This document shows, one piece after another, positions 25,001 through 37,960 of a stretch of DNA of 64,000 bases. Source of the stretch: Macrostomum hystrix (lineage: Eukaryota > Animalia > Platyhelminthes); assembly GCA_950097015.1 (NCBI GenBank), contig CATNEN010000038.1, positions 3,720,001 to 3,784,000 of the forward strand, read 5' to 3'. The notes beneath the pieces are model-generated. The model was given only the letters and a program-made list of their open reading frames with translations. It ran no database searches and had not been told where the DNA came from. How positions within the stretch are numbered: the first letter of the stretch is position 1; every line of letters starts with the position of its first letter. A program made the translations under genes and the position numbers.

Positions 25001-28000
25001 AGAGAAAGATAAGGATGGCAGGTTGGAGGAGAGAAAGATAAGGATGGCAGGTTGGAGGAGAGAAAGATAAGGATGGCAGGTTGGAGGAGAGAAAGATAAG
25101 GATGGCAGGTTGGAGGAGAGAAAGATAAGGATGGCAGGTTGGAGGAGAGAAAGATAAGGATAACAGGTTGGGGCAAGAAGGATAAGGATGGCAGATTGGG
25201 GCGAGAAAGATATCAGAGGGTAAATTGCTCGGCAACGGGGAGTTAAGAAGGCTGTTCAGTGACCCTGCCTGCCTGCATCACCACGCAGGTCCTGCTGGTG
25301 TTTCCCAGGGAGGATGCAATGAGCTTGAGCTTCCTGAAGGCGTCGGAAAGACTCGAGCTACCCAGCGAGACCGCTGCGACCGCCGAGTCCGCCATGGAGA
25401 GCTACATCTGCTGCCACCACGACCTGGTCATTGTGGATAGGCGGCGCCGGCCTGGAGGGAAGGAGCAGCAGTTCGAGTTTGCTGATTCTCTGGTGAAAGC
25501 TATGCGAGCTGTCAGCCAATCAGAGTTTACCACGTTTGCAGCTGTCACTGGCGCTGTTGGAGACGCCAATGAGTGAGCTGGGACCGGCAGTTGGGAATGG
25601 ATGAGAATGGATGGGGATGAGAATGGATTGGGATGAGAATGGATGGGGATGAGAATGGATGGGGATGAGAATGAAATGGGATGAGAATGGATGGGGATGA
25701 GAATGGATGGGGATGAGAATGGATGGGGATGAGAATGAAATGGGATGAGAATGGATGGGAATGAGAATGGATGGGGATGAGAATGGATGGGGATGAGATT
25801 GGATGGGGATGAGAATGGATGGGGATGAGAATGGATGGGGATGAGAATGGATGGGGATGAGAATGGATGGGGATGAGAATGGATGGGGATGAGAATGGAT
25901 GGGGATGAGAATGGATGGGGATGAGAATGGATGGGGATGAGAATGGATGGGGATGAGAATGGATGGGGATGAGAATGGATGGGGATGAGAATGAAATGGG
26001 ATGAGATTGGATGAGGATGAGAATGGATGGGGATGAGAATGGATGGGGATGAGAATGGATGGGGATGAGAATGGATGGGGATGAGAATGGATGGGGATGA
26101 GAATGGATGGGGATGAGAATGGATGGGGATGAGAATGGATGGGGATGAGAATGGATGGGGATGAGAATGGATGGGGATGAGAATGGATGGGGATGAGAAT
26201 GGATGGGGATGAGAATGGATGGGGATGAGAATGAAATGGGATGAGAATGGATGGGGATGAGAATGGATGGGGATGAGAATGAAATGGGATGAGAATGGAT
26301 GGGGATGAGAATGGATGGGGATGAGAATGAAATGGGATGAGAATGGATGGGGATGAGAATGGATGGGGATGAGAATGGATGGGAATGAGAATGGATGGGG
26401 ATGAGAATGGATGGGAATGAGAATGGATGGGGATGAGAATGGATGGGGATGAGAATGGATGGGGATGAGAATGGATGGGAATGAGAATGGATGGGGATGA
26501 GAATGGATGGGGATGAGAATGGATGGGAATGAGAATGGATGGGGATGAGAATGGATGGGGATGAGAATGGATGGGAATGAGAATGGATGGGGATGAGAAT
26601 GGATGGGAATGAGAATGGATGGGGATGAGAATGGATGGGGATGAGAATGGATGGGGATGAGAATGGATGGGGATGAAGGGCATAGGACAAGGGAAGGACA
26701 TAGTTTACTTGATTGAGGAAGCACTTGAATTTCAAATAAATTTAGCAAATTCAAAAATTTTTAGCAATTTTCTAAATCGAACATGGAAGATGTATTGAGA
26801 TCCCTTTTATTTGATTTCAGCTCGTCTCAATCGTTGAGTGAGCTCATCCGAATCGGCTTCGACTTGGTGAGGCTCACGAATCATTGGCTAATAATTTTCT
26901 AGCTAACTTGAAAGTGACAGTCCGGCTCTCGTCACAATTTACCTCGTCCAGAGGTTCGCCGAGAGCGTCAGTGTCGACGCCTGCGCCGAGCTGCTGACCT
27001 CCGTGCGGCACAACAACTTCCAGTTCCAGCACAAGCTCGCGGCTCTCGGCGCTCTGTTTAAAGCCTTGGACGCCTGTTCCGACGCTGTGGAAATCACCAA
27101 CGACAAACTGCAAATTCAGGTGGGCCAGCCTGCAGCTCCACTGGTTTCTGCTGGGTTTCTGCTGGGTTTCTGATGGGTTTCCGCTGGGTTTTTTATTGGG
27201 TTTCCGCTGGGTTTTCGCTGGGTTTCTATTGGGTTTCCGCTGGGTTTTTATTTGGTTTTCGCTGGGTTTCTATTGGGTTTCCGCTGGGTTTTTTTTGGTT
27301 TCCGCTGGGTTTTTATTGGGTTTCCGCTGGGTTTCCGCTTGGTTTCTATTGGGTTTTTGATAGGTTTCTGATGGGTTTCCGCTGGGTTTTTATTGGGTTT
27401 CTGATAGGTTTCTGATGGGTTTCTGCTGGGTTTCTGATGGGTTTCTGATGGGTTTCCGCTGGGTTTCTGCTGGGTTTCTGCTGGGTTTCCTTCTCTTGGG
27501 TTTTGACTTAAGTATCCGATTCGGGTTTGTTTTAAATAAACATTTAGTCTGCACTGTTCAAATTGTGACTTCGATTTCGATTCGAGTGCCAATATAATTT
27601 AGGGTTCATGTTACCAAGGTAAGGTGCTTTGAGGCTCTTCGCTTTTCATGTCTTTCAATCCCTTTTAAATCTGAATTCAGGATGAAGTAATAGTTCAGAT
27701 AGTGTTTTTACAGTTTCGTTTCAATGCATTCTTGAGAACTGGATATATTTAGATAAAAGCTCGCGTTTTCAAGTTGTTTTTTCGCAAACAAGAGTTTGAA
27801 CTGAATAATTGCGTTAGTTTTTTTAGCTGCGCTTTAGTTCCAGATTTTAGTCTTGGTACGACTCAAATATTTTTTACGTTGAGCTGAGGATATCCATTGA
27901 AGCAACTCAAATTCAGTTTATTTACTGAATTTCAAAAGTACATACAGCAGCTCTGTCTGATTGCACTAGAATTTAGGTAAATTATTATGCGCGTATTATA

Positions 28001-31000
28001 ACAAAATTCTCGCCGGCTTTTTTTACCGTGGCGTAAATTTAAAATTGAAGAAAACCAGTGAAACAAAACTCGCGCAGGTCACGTTTCGGTCTCTCGAGCA
28101 TGGCTTAGGCGGGTTTAATCCCCTGAACGTAGAGCATAAACTAATCAACTGTAGCGAGGGCAAATTCTGAAAATTGATTTCTTTTTGGCTTGTGTGAAAC
28201 GTAAAATGCTTTTTCTCTGCAAAAGGAATGAAATTATTTTTGCATACTGCTCCTGACAGGACCGCAGACCCTTCTGCTTCTTGATTAGGGATTTCGCCTT
28301 CCGCCTCCCGCGTGTCAGTTTGTCTCCTCGGCTTCCCCTTCTCCCACTGTCTTCCCAAGTGGGGATAAATGAGATTCTGCTATGTTTGTTTTAAGAAAAG
28401 TGCGCGGGTTTAGATCTTGCGCACTCGGGTCCCGACTATCCGATCCCCGATTTGGCCAAATTTAATCCCAAAATGACGTCACGACTCGCTTTGACAAAAC
28501 GACAGAGGACTCGCGGTGCGATTGTCATCCCAGTTGGGATTTGTTAAGCCAATACTTCGCTGACTGCAAAGCTGGCTAAATTTGAGTACATGCTCAAAAT
28601 TAATTTCTGAATACGCTAAGATTTGTAGCCGAAAATTCATGATGGGAACTGGACGAGAGGATATAGAAGAGGCGACAGAGGAGAGTGGGAGAGGAGAGAG
28701 AGGGAGAGGGGAGAGAAAAGAGGAGAGAGGAGAGAGGAAAGAGGACACAGGATAAAGGAGAGAAGAGAGGGAGGAGAGAGTGGAGAGGAGAGAGAGGAGA
28801 GAGGACAGTGGAGAGAGGAGAGAGGAGAGGGGAGAGGGGAGAGAGGAGAGAAGAGAGGAGAGAGGAGAGAGGAGAGAGGAGAAGGAGAAGGAGAGAGGAG
28901 AAGGAGAAGGAGAGAGGAGAGAGGAGACAGGAGAGGGGAGAGAGGAGAAGGAGAGAGGAGAGAGGAGAGGGGAGAGAGGAGAAGGAGAGAGGAGAGAGGA
29001 GAATGAGAGAGGAGAGGGGAGAGAGGAGAGAGGAGAAGAGGAGACGAGAGAGGAGAGAGGAGAGAGGAGAGAGGAGAAGGAGAAGGAGAGAGGAGAAGGA
29101 GAAGGAGAGAGGAGAGAGGAGACAGGAGAGGGGAGAGAGGAGAAGGAGAATGAGAGAGGAGAGGGGAGAGAGGAGAGAGGAGAAGAGGAGACGAGAGAGG
29201 AGAGAGGAGAGGGGAGAGAGGAGAAGGAGAGAAGACAGAGGAGAGGGGAGAGAGGAGAGAGGGGAGAGGATAGTGGAGAGAATAGAGAGGAGTGAATAGA
29301 GAGGGGAGTGAAGAGAGGAGAGTAGTAGAGTCGAAGCGAGACGAGATCACATAGAACTGAGTCCATGCTGAGAATGGAATTGTGAATTAGGCAGCTGCTT
29401 GAGTCCAGATCAAGAAAGAAAATAATTTGTTCTTGTGAGTCGTGTGTTTGAGACAGTTCACTATCTGACATTGGATAAACTAAGTGTCAAACGCAGTCCC
29501 TCTCTCCAGTCTCTGTAGAATGTGGCATTTTTCTTGATTCTCTGTCTGGGCCAGGCGTATTCGAATCCGAGAATTTCCTCGATTGTGGCGCAACGGCGTG
29601 GGGGGCAAATTATTTTTCCACTTTTCGCACTTGCGAACGTGACAACCACAAGTCTTAAGATGTAATTTGGGTAATTAAACGGAAAGCTTTTATTAGATTG
29701 AACCAGAAAGCAAGGCCAGATTCGTTAAACTCTAAAGATTTCATGCAATAACTAATTAACAAGTCGCAACTTTTTTAAAAGCGTGCTAAAATAGAATTTC
29801 CTTTTTTGTCTCTACCTGATTCCTCATCTCAGTGTGTCTCTACCTGATTCCTCATCTCAGTGTGTCTCTACCTGATTCCTCATCTCAGTGTGTCTCTACC
29901 TGATTCCTTATCTCAGTGTGTCTCTACCTGATTCCTCATCTCAGTGTGTCTACCTGATTCCTCATCTCAGTGTGTCTCTACCTGATTCCTCATCTCAGTG
30001 TGTCTCTACCTGATTCCTTATCTCAGTGTGTCTCTACCTGATTCCTCATCTCAGTGTGTCTCTACCTGATTCCTCATCTCAGTGTGTCTCTACCTGATTC
30101 CTCATCTCAGTGTGTCTCTACCTGATTCCTCATCTCAGTGTGTCTCTACCTGATTCCTCATCTCAGTGTGTCTCTACCTGATTCCTTATCTCAGTGTGTC
30201 TCTACCTGATTCCTTATCTGTGTCTCTATCCAATTCCTTATCTGTGTCTCTATCCAATTCCTTATCTGTGTCTCTATCCAATTCCTTATCTGTGTCTCTA
30301 TCCAATTCCTTATCTGTGTCTCTATCCAATTCCTTATCTGTGTCTCTATCCAATTCCTTATCTGTGTCTCTATCCAATTCCTTATCTGTGTCTCTATCCA
30401 ATTCCTTATCTGTGTCTCTATCCAATTCCTTATCTGTGTCTCTATCCAATTCCTTATCTGTGTCTCTATCCAATTCCTTATCTGTGTCTCTATCCAATTC
30501 CTTATCTCAGTGTCTCTATCCAATTCCTTATCTGTGTCTCTATCCAATTCCTTATCTGTGTCTCTATCCAATTCCTTATCTGTGTCTCTATCCAATTCCT
30601 TATCTGTGTCTCTATCCAATTCCTTATCTGTGTCTCTATCCAATTCCTTATCTGTGTCTCTATCCAATTCCTTATCTGTGTCTCTATCCAATTCCTTATC
30701 TGTGTCTCTATCCAATTCCTTATCTGTGTCTCTATCCAATTCCTTATCTGTGTCTCTATCCAATTCCTTATCTGTGTCTCTATCCAATTCCTTATCTGTG
30801 TCTCTATCCAATTCCTTATCTGTGTCTCTATCCAATTCCTTATCTCAGTGTCTCTATCCAATTCCTTATCTGTGTCTCTATCCAATTCCTTATCTGTGTC
30901 TCTATCCAATTCCTTATCTGTGTCTCTATCCAATTCCTTATCTGTGTCTCTATCCAATTCCTTATCTGTGTCTCTATCCAATTCCTTATCTCAGTGTCTC

Positions 31001-34000
31001 TATCCAATTCCTTATCTGTGTCTCTATCCAATTCCTTATCTGTGTCTCTATCCAATTCCTTATCTGTGTCTCTATCCAATTCCTTATCTGTGTCTCTATC
31101 CAATTCCTTATCTGTGTCTCTATCCAATTCCTTATCTGTGTCTCTATCCAATTCCTTATCTGTGTCTCTATCCAATTCCTTATCTGTGTCTCTATCCAAT
31201 TCCTTATCTGTGTCTCTATCCAATTCCTTATCTGTGTCTCTATCCAATTCCTTATCTGTGTCTCTATCCAATTCCTTATCTCAGTGTCTCTATCCAATTC
31301 CTTATCTGTGTCTCTATCCAATTCCTTATCTGTGTCTCTATCCAATTCCTTATCTGTGTCTCTATCCAATTCCTTATCTGTGTCTCTATCCAATTCCTTA
31401 TCTGTGTCTCTATCCAATTCCTTATCTCAGTGTCTCTATCCAATTCCTTATCTGTGTCTCTATCCAATTCCTTATCTGTGTCTCTATCCAATTCCTTATC
31501 TGTGTCTCTATCCAATTCCTTATCTCAGTGTCCCTCTGCAATTGCAGTACATAAACGCAGCCCAGGAGCGATTGCTCGGCCGCCCGATGACGGAGCTGAT
31601 CGGCCGAAGCAGTCTTGACCAGGCGGCGAAAGTTGAGCGGACACCAGATGAAACAGCAGCGCTGTTGCACACATTGCGCAAGGGTCGGGTGAGTTATTAG
31701 CTCAAGGTCGTTAGGCTGTTTTCTCAAGGTCATTAGGCTTTTTTCAATGTCATTGCTATACTATAGGTCATCGGGTTCGTCATTTCTCAAGGTTATTGGA
31801 TTTTCTCCATTTTTAACCACGCTTTTTCACTTTTCACTGCAAAAGAAATTAGATCCCTTTCCCCTACTCAAGGCCATTGGCTTCGCCCCTCTTCTCAAGG
31901 TCATCGGATTCATTGGATTCTCCCTCTATTTAAAGCCTTAGGATTCCCTCTCTTCTCTAGGTCATTGTATTCTCCCTCTATTTAAAGCCTTAGGATTCCC
32001 TCTCTTCTCTAAGTCATTGGATTCTCCCTCTATTTAAAGCCTTAGGATTCCCTCTCTTCTCTAAGTCATTGGATTCTCCCTCTATTTAAAGCCTTAGGAT
32101 TCCCTCTCTTCTCTAGGTCATTGGATTCTCCCTCTATTTAAAGCCTTAGGATTCCCTCTCTTCTCTAGGTCATTGGATTCTCCCTCTATTTAAAGCCTTA
32201 GGATTCCCTCTCTTCTCTAGGTCATTGGATTCTCCCTCTATTTAAAGCCTTAGGATTCCCTCTCTTCTCTAGGTCATTGGATTCTCCCTCTATTTAAAGC
32301 CTTAGGATTCCCTCTCTTCTCTAGGTCATTGTATTCTCCCTCTATTTAAAGCCTTAGGATTCCCTCTCTTCTCTAGGTCATTGGATTCTCTCTCTATTTA
32401 AAGCCTTAGGATTCCCTCTCTTCTCTAGGTCATTGGATTCTCTCTCTATTTAAAGCCTTAAGATTCCCTCTGTTCTCTAGTTCTCTATGTCGTTGAATTC
32501 TCCCGTTTCGGCTTAATTATTTATCCTTTATTTCATGGCTAACAATATTTCTTCATTATTCCTATGTCAATAATACACCTGGGATCAGGAAATATAATTA
32601 TCAGCAACATTATATTCTAAAATCCTAAAATTTAGGAATGGGAAGAGGATTTCTGCGTGCCAGGCAGGCCGGCGGCCAGCGGCCCCACCAGCCAGCAGCT
32701 GCAGAGGCGCAGACAGACCAGGCGATTCCTGCCAGTTAAAGGCAGACACGGGCAAGTCGCACTTTAACCTGATTGGTCAAGCGAAGGTCGAACTTCACGT
32801 TTAAGATGGATGACAAATTAGAGTGGCCGAATTTTGGTTTGGAAACTGACTTTTGCAAAAATCGATGCGGCCACAAACCCCACTTGACCTTGGCAGAAAG
32901 GTGCAGCACATTGTCAGCGTGACAGCCAAGTACAGGTCCGAGAACAAGTCGACTTCGAAGCAGGCGTTGGGAGGCAGTTCGACCAAGCGAGGGTCGGGCA
33001 ATTCCGATCCTTGCGACGAACCCGGAATGGACGGCTTTGACAAGACCGAGGGCAAGGACTCAGGTGGGAACCGGGCGAAAAACTCGCTTCCATAAACCCG
33101 AAGACTTTCCCAGTTCGCCAATTTCACAGTTTATCGACTTTCTCAGTTGATATAGTTTCCCTGTTTATTTTTCCTCCGTTTTTAGAGTTTTCCTCTCGTT
33201 TTTTTCCATTTTCCAGTTGGTCAATTTTCCCAGTTTATCGATTTTCCAGTTTATCGATTTTCCTAGTTTATCGATTTTCCCAGTTTATCGATTTTCCTAG
33301 TTTATCGATATTTCTTAGTTTATCGTTTTTCCAGTTTATCGATTTTCCAGTTTATCGATTTCCCAGTTTATCGATTTTCCAGTTTATCGATTTTTCCAGT
33401 TTATCGATTTTCCAGTTTATCGATTTTCCCGCAGAGGCCATGAAGCGAAGTCGGTCGGAAATGTTGGGCATCATCAGGAAGACCTCAACCCAGTCGATGC
33501 GCAGTGTGTCCTCAATTCCGTTAGACGGTGAGTCGCCAATTTCTAAAGGCAACAGTTTTGAGAAGTCGGATAATTTAAATGTATTTCATTGCAGCCTCTC
33601 TGTTCGGTGCGCTGAGCAGAATGGCCAAGATTGACTATGGCACAGCCAAGATCGGCTCGCAAAGTCTGGAGGCGCCGATTCACAAGGTGAAACTTGCGGT
33701 GACGATCGGGGGGGATCTAGAGAGAGAGTTCTAGGGACTGGGGTGGAGGGAGAGATCTAGGGACTGGGGTGGAGGGAGAGATCTAGGGACTGGGGTGGAG
33801 GGAGAGATCTAGGGACTGGGGTGGAGGGAGAGATCTAGGGACTGGGGTGGAGGGAGAGATCTATAGGGACTGGGGTGGAGGGAGAGATCTAGGGACTGGG
33901 GTGGAGGGAGAGATCTAGGGACTGGGGTGGAGGGAGAGATCTAGGGACTGGGCTGGAGAGGGAGAGATCTAGGGACTGAGGAGAAGGGAGAGATCAAGGG

Positions 34001-37000
34001 AATGAGATGCGGAGCAGATCTAGGGACTGGAATGCAGGGTCAGGGATGAAGGGACTGGGATGCAGGGTCAGGGATGAAGGGACTGAGATGCAGGGTCAGG
34101 GATGAACGCACTGGGATGAAGGGACTGGGATGCAGGGTCAGGGATGAACGGACTGGGATGAAGGGACTGAGATGCAGGGTCAGGGATGAAGGGACTGAGA
34201 TGCAGGGTCAGGGATGAAGGGACTGAGATGCAGGGTCAGGGATGAAGGGACTGAGATGCAGGGTCAGGGATGAAGGGACTGAGATGCAGGGTCAGGGATG
34301 AACGCACTGGGATGAAGGGACTGGGATGCAGGGTCAGGGATGAACGCACTGGGATGAAGGGACTGGGATGAAGGGTCAAGGATGAAGGGACTGAGATGCA
34401 AGGTCAAGGATGAACGGACTGGGATGAAGGAACTGAGATACAGGGTCAGGGGTGAAGCGCGAGCTATCATGAGTAATGACTGATCGCCGAGCCCAGCAGC
34501 TGCACCCAATACCATCCGCAGGTGATCCACCTTATCAGCATAGCTCAGCAGGACAGTCCTCCATCCGTGACGTCGGCACTGGATCGTGTCTTGGAGATCC
34601 TGCACCACGCCACTGACCTGTACTCCGGAGAAATGCCAGCCAACCTGGAGGACAAAATCACCTCCGACTACGTCGGCGGACTCATGATTGTAAGCCATTG
34701 GGTGCAGTTTATTTTAACTTCTACTCAAAGCTATATAATACTTTTGCTACTATTTTTAGTAGGTGGTATAGAAAAGCACGCAGCTTTTCATGTTAATTTT
34801 GTGAAAAAGAAAAAATGTAAAACTCGCTTTATCTTCAGGGAGCCAGGCCGTCCGACAAAAAAAGAATTGGACATTTCGGAACGCGGCGTAAGTCACTCAC
34901 AGTTTATAGACCTCTAGACTTACCGAAATCACTACAATTGATTTATTTAATGCTTACCTTTTTATGTAAGCAAGAATGACGTACATGAGAATGAAATGCC
35001 GAATTTATTCCAGGACCACCGCCCCAGAGACCGTCAGAGATTATCACCGAGCATATCAACCAGCTGCTTGGTTAGCAACTGACTTTAGCGCTGCTCAATG
35101 TCTCCTCCCCAATCTACGCTTCTGTACTTGTTTGCTAATTGCATGTGCCCTTGTGAGCATGCAATGCTCAGTCAGTCAGTCAGTCAGTCAGTCAGTCAGT
35201 CAGTCAGTCAGCCAGTCAGTCAGTCAGTCAGTCAGTCAGTCAGTCAGTCAGTCAGTCAGTCAGTCAGTCAGTCAGTCAGTCAGTCAGTCAGTCAGTCAGT
35301 CAGTCAGTCAGTCAGTCAGTCAGTCAGTCAGTCAGTCAGTCAGTCAGTCAGTCAGTCAGCCAGTCAGTCAGTCAGTCAGTGAGTCAGTCAGTCAGTCAGT
35401 CAGTCAGTCAGTCAGTCAGTCAGTCCGTAAGTCAGTCAGCTAGTCAGTCAGTGCCAGTGTCCATAGGAATAATATTATTGAAACTTTATGCTGATTACTT
35501 ACCGCGTGTCGACCTCAAATAAACCTCGTCGAGATAACTGCAATTTCTATTGAGTTGCCTGAGATATACTAAACACCATACTAAAAAAGCATGGCTCGCA
35601 ACAGTTTTGTTGATTGACAGCTCACTGACACATGCTTGACAATGGTTGAACCCCACAGAGAGCTCGCTGGCAAACATGCAGTCACTAAGCGAAATACCTG
35701 AGCAGTTCATCAGCTACCTGGAAGGCGATGACGAATGGGAATTCGACATACTGGAGCTCGAGCGAGTGACCAACAAGCGGCCCCTCGTGTACCTCGGCAT
35801 GAAGATCCTGCAGCGCTTCAACGTCTGCCAGCTGCTGCAGTGCAGCGAGGACACCATGCTGAACTGGCTGCAGGTCATTCAGGAGAACTATCACCAGGAG
35901 AATTGCTATCACAATGCCACGCACGGCGCTGACGTCATGCAGAGTTCGGCCTATTTCCTGGAAAGGAGCCGGGTCAAGGCCGCCCTGGACGAGATGGACG
36001 AGGCGGCTTCGTTGCTTGGCGCATTGGTGCACGACCTCGACCATCCCGGCAGGACCAACCCATTCCTCATCAACAGCCGGCATCGCTTGGCGCTGCTCTA
36101 CAATGATCTGTGAGGCCTGGGAAGAAAGTGGTATTCTAACAAAATGGGATTCTTGAGAAAAACTATTCTATAGAGGGGGGTTTTGAGGATTTGGGATTTC
36201 GAAAAAGTAGGACCCTGGGTACTTAAGATTTCTTGGGATGCAGGATTCTGGGGATGCAGGATTCTGGGGATGTAGGATTCTGGGGATGCAGGATTCTGGG
36301 GATGCAGGATTCTGGGGATGTAGGATTCTGGGGATGAAGGATGCTGGGGATATAGGATTCTGGGGATGCAAGATTCTGAGGAGAAGGGATTCTGGGGATG
36401 TGAGATTCTAGGGAGGATTCTTGGGAAGAACTTATCGAGCTAAATTCTGTGACAGAGACTAGAATTCGCAGTAAACCTGCTGCATCACTAGTTATTTGAG
36501 TTGAGTAGCGACTCAAAATTGCCCAAACCTGCTCACGTCCTCCTCCAAGCTCCGTCCTTGAGAGCCACCACGTGTCGCTAGCCTTCCAGCTGACCACCAG
36601 AGACGAGCGGATAAACATCTTCAAGAACCTGGCTCAAGACGAGTTCAAATCCCTGCGCCAGAGCATTGTTGACGTTGTCTTGGCAACGGAGATGGCTCGC
36701 CACTTTGAGCACGTGGGAAAGTTTGCCAACCAGATTGTCGCGCCGCTGCTAGCCGGCAAGGACGCTGGGCCGGGCGATGAGGCTTCGGGCATCGGCAACA
36801 TGGCCACTGAGGACGAAACGCTGGAGATGCTGAGCAAGCCGGAGAATCGAGCCCTCATCATGCGGGTGCTCATCAAGTGCTCCGACATCAGCAATCAGTG
36901 CCGGCCGCTCAAGCTGTGCAAGGAGTGGTCCAGACGGATCTCCGAAGAATACTTCCAGCAGGTGCTAATTTGTGGGGATTTCATGGATTGTTTGATCGAC

Positions 37001-37564
37001 AGATTGATTTATTAATTGTATGAAAATTCTAACCCGCAGACGGACGAAGAGAAGGCTCTCAACCTGCCCATTGTGATGCCAATGTTTGACAGGACCACCT
37101 GCAATCTGCCTCAGTCGCAGATTAGCTTCATCGACTTCTTCCTCAGGGAGATGTTCTCGGTGTGGCACGGTAAGTTACCCTTCCTACTTTTTCATCGCAT
37201 GTACATTCGGCATGTACATTCAGCATGTATCTTCAAGTGTACATTAAAATGTACGTTATAAGTGTAGATTAAAATGTACGTTTAAGTGTACATTAAAATG
37301 TACATTCAAGTGTACATTAAAATGTACGTTTAAGTGTAGAATAAAATGTACATTTAAGTGTACATTAAAATGTACATTCAAGTGTACATTCTAGTAAATA
37401 TTCAAGTGTGCATTGAAATTCGCTACCCGTCAATCCGAGCAGCCTTCTGCGACGTGCCCCAGCTGCTGGACAACATGAACAACAACTATGCCTACTGGAA
37501 GCGGTTGTCTACGGAACGGCCGGCGCCGAAAAGTGATGACTCAGGAGCTGCTGCTGAGCAATAA
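22072..37564 (+). CDS. PDE8: PDE8-family high-affinity cAMP phosphodiesterase (REC-PAS-class I PDE catalytic domain), 16 exons, ~882 aa
   Basis: Exons: 22072-22224, 25289-25572, 26821-26866, 26952-27119, 31548-31688, 32636-32751, 32897-33063, 33435-33527, 33595-33686, 34522-34689, 34839-34887, 35014-35070, 35659-36109, 36550-36961, 37040-37169, 37443-37564. Total 2649 nt, phases consistent. N-terminal MGC; REC-like VLLVFPRED...HHDLVIVD; PAS entry AVEIT...[13 protein letters not shown]; EAPIHKVIHLI...ALDRVLEIL; catalytic [41 protein letters not shown]. Exon 1 and the two small linker exons are less certain. Confidence 0.92.
22372..22692. repeat. 16-bp minisatellite (TCACAGGTTCACGAGT)n, PDE8 intron 1
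   Basis: About 20 copies built from two 8-mer subunits. Confidence 0.94.
22981..22995. promoter_or_regulatory. RFX X-box-like motif GTTACCCATAGCAAC (PDE8 intron 1)
   Basis: Matches the GTNRCC-N0-3-RGYAAC consensus. Function untested. Confidence 0.45.
23488..23965. repeat. 11-bp minisatellite (CACCCATCTAT)n, PDE8 intron 1
   Basis: Tandem copies. Confidence 0.94.
24128..24140. promoter_or_regulatory. RFX X-box-like motif GTTGCTAGGCAAC (PDE8 intron 1)
   Basis: Palindromic GTTGC-N3-GCAAC. Confidence 0.45.
24550..25212. repeat. 28/29-bp minisatellite (GATAAGGATGGCAGGTTGGAGGAGAGAAA)n, PDE8 intron 1
   Basis: Two unit variants arranged in blocks. Confidence 0.94.
25595..26675. repeat. 17-bp minisatellite (GATGAGAATGGATGGGG)n, PDE8 intron 2
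   Basis: About 60 copies starting ~22 nt after the donor. Confidence 0.95.
27143..27500. repeat. 11/12-bp degenerate repeat (GGGTTTCCGCT)n, PDE8 intron 4
   Basis: Starts ~23 nt after the donor. Confidence 0.9.
28665..29330. repeat. Polypurine (GGAGAGA)n-type low-complexity tract, PDE8 intron 4
   Basis: Nearly pure A/G with internal block duplications. Confidence 0.92.
29807..31530. repeat. Compound minisatellite: 28-bp (TGTCTCTACCTGATTCCTCATCTCAGTG)n then 24-bp (TGTCTCTATCCAATTCCTTATCTG)n
   Basis: Unit switch near 30210. Ends ~17 nt before the acceptor at 31547. Confidence 0.95.
31912..32480. repeat. 52-bp minisatellite, ~11 copies, PDE8 intron 5
   Basis: Unit TCATTGGATTCTCCCTCTATTTAAAGCCTTAGGATTCCCTCTCTTCTCTAGG. 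Confidence 0.94.
33225..33430. repeat. 16/17-bp repeat (AGTTTATCGATTTTCC)n abutting an acceptor, PDE8 intron 7
   Basis: The last unit supplies the pyrimidine tract of the acceptor at 33434. Confidence 0.9.
33713..34450. repeat. Two adjacent G-rich minisatellites, (GATCTAGGGACTGGGGTGGAGGGAGA)n and (GGGATGAAGGGACTGAGATGCAGGGTCA)n, PDE8 intron 9
   Basis: Read directly. Shared AGGGACTG core. Confidence 0.92.
35168..35450. repeat. (CAGT)n microsatellite, PDE8 intron 12
   Basis: About 70 units. Confidence 0.97.
36228..36425. repeat. 16-bp repeat (GGATTCTGGGGATGCA)n, PDE8 intron 13
   Basis: Tandem copies. Confidence 0.9.
37200..37415. repeat. ~12/13-bp repeat (AAGTGTACATTAA)n, PDE8 intron 15
   Basis: Degenerate tandem copies. 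Confidence 0.85.
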
Positions 37565-37960
37565 TTGACTGTCAACAAATGTAAATTTTGAAACTGTTTG
37601 AAAAGAACGAATTTAACTTAATTAAACCGCAATTTCATCATGTTAAATACCGCCATTCATTGTGGGACCTGCAAAGGCAAAGCAAAGACATCCTACTTAC
37701 TGCTCACCGTGTGAAATATTTTTCATTGTGTTATAATATTATCAAGTACGCTCGTAATTTTAAATAGACTTCGTTTCTTGTTGTGTGACCAAAGTCAAGC
37801 AATGCACACAGCTGCTTTAAGTAATAATAAAGTGGGTTAGTTCGGATAGCAAAAAACATCCTGTTTTCTAGTGATTCAATTTGCGTGAAATTTACGTCAT
37901 TCGTATGCATTGTACTGAAGTACTTACGGTCTTGTAATTAAGTACTAGTTAGACGTAAAT

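Noticed and set aside
25402-31733. HPHPFSS, RE-rich, SVSLSNSL and DRDTDKEL ORFs
   Set aside because: Translations of intronic arrays within PDE8. Only their unique tails coincide with real exons.
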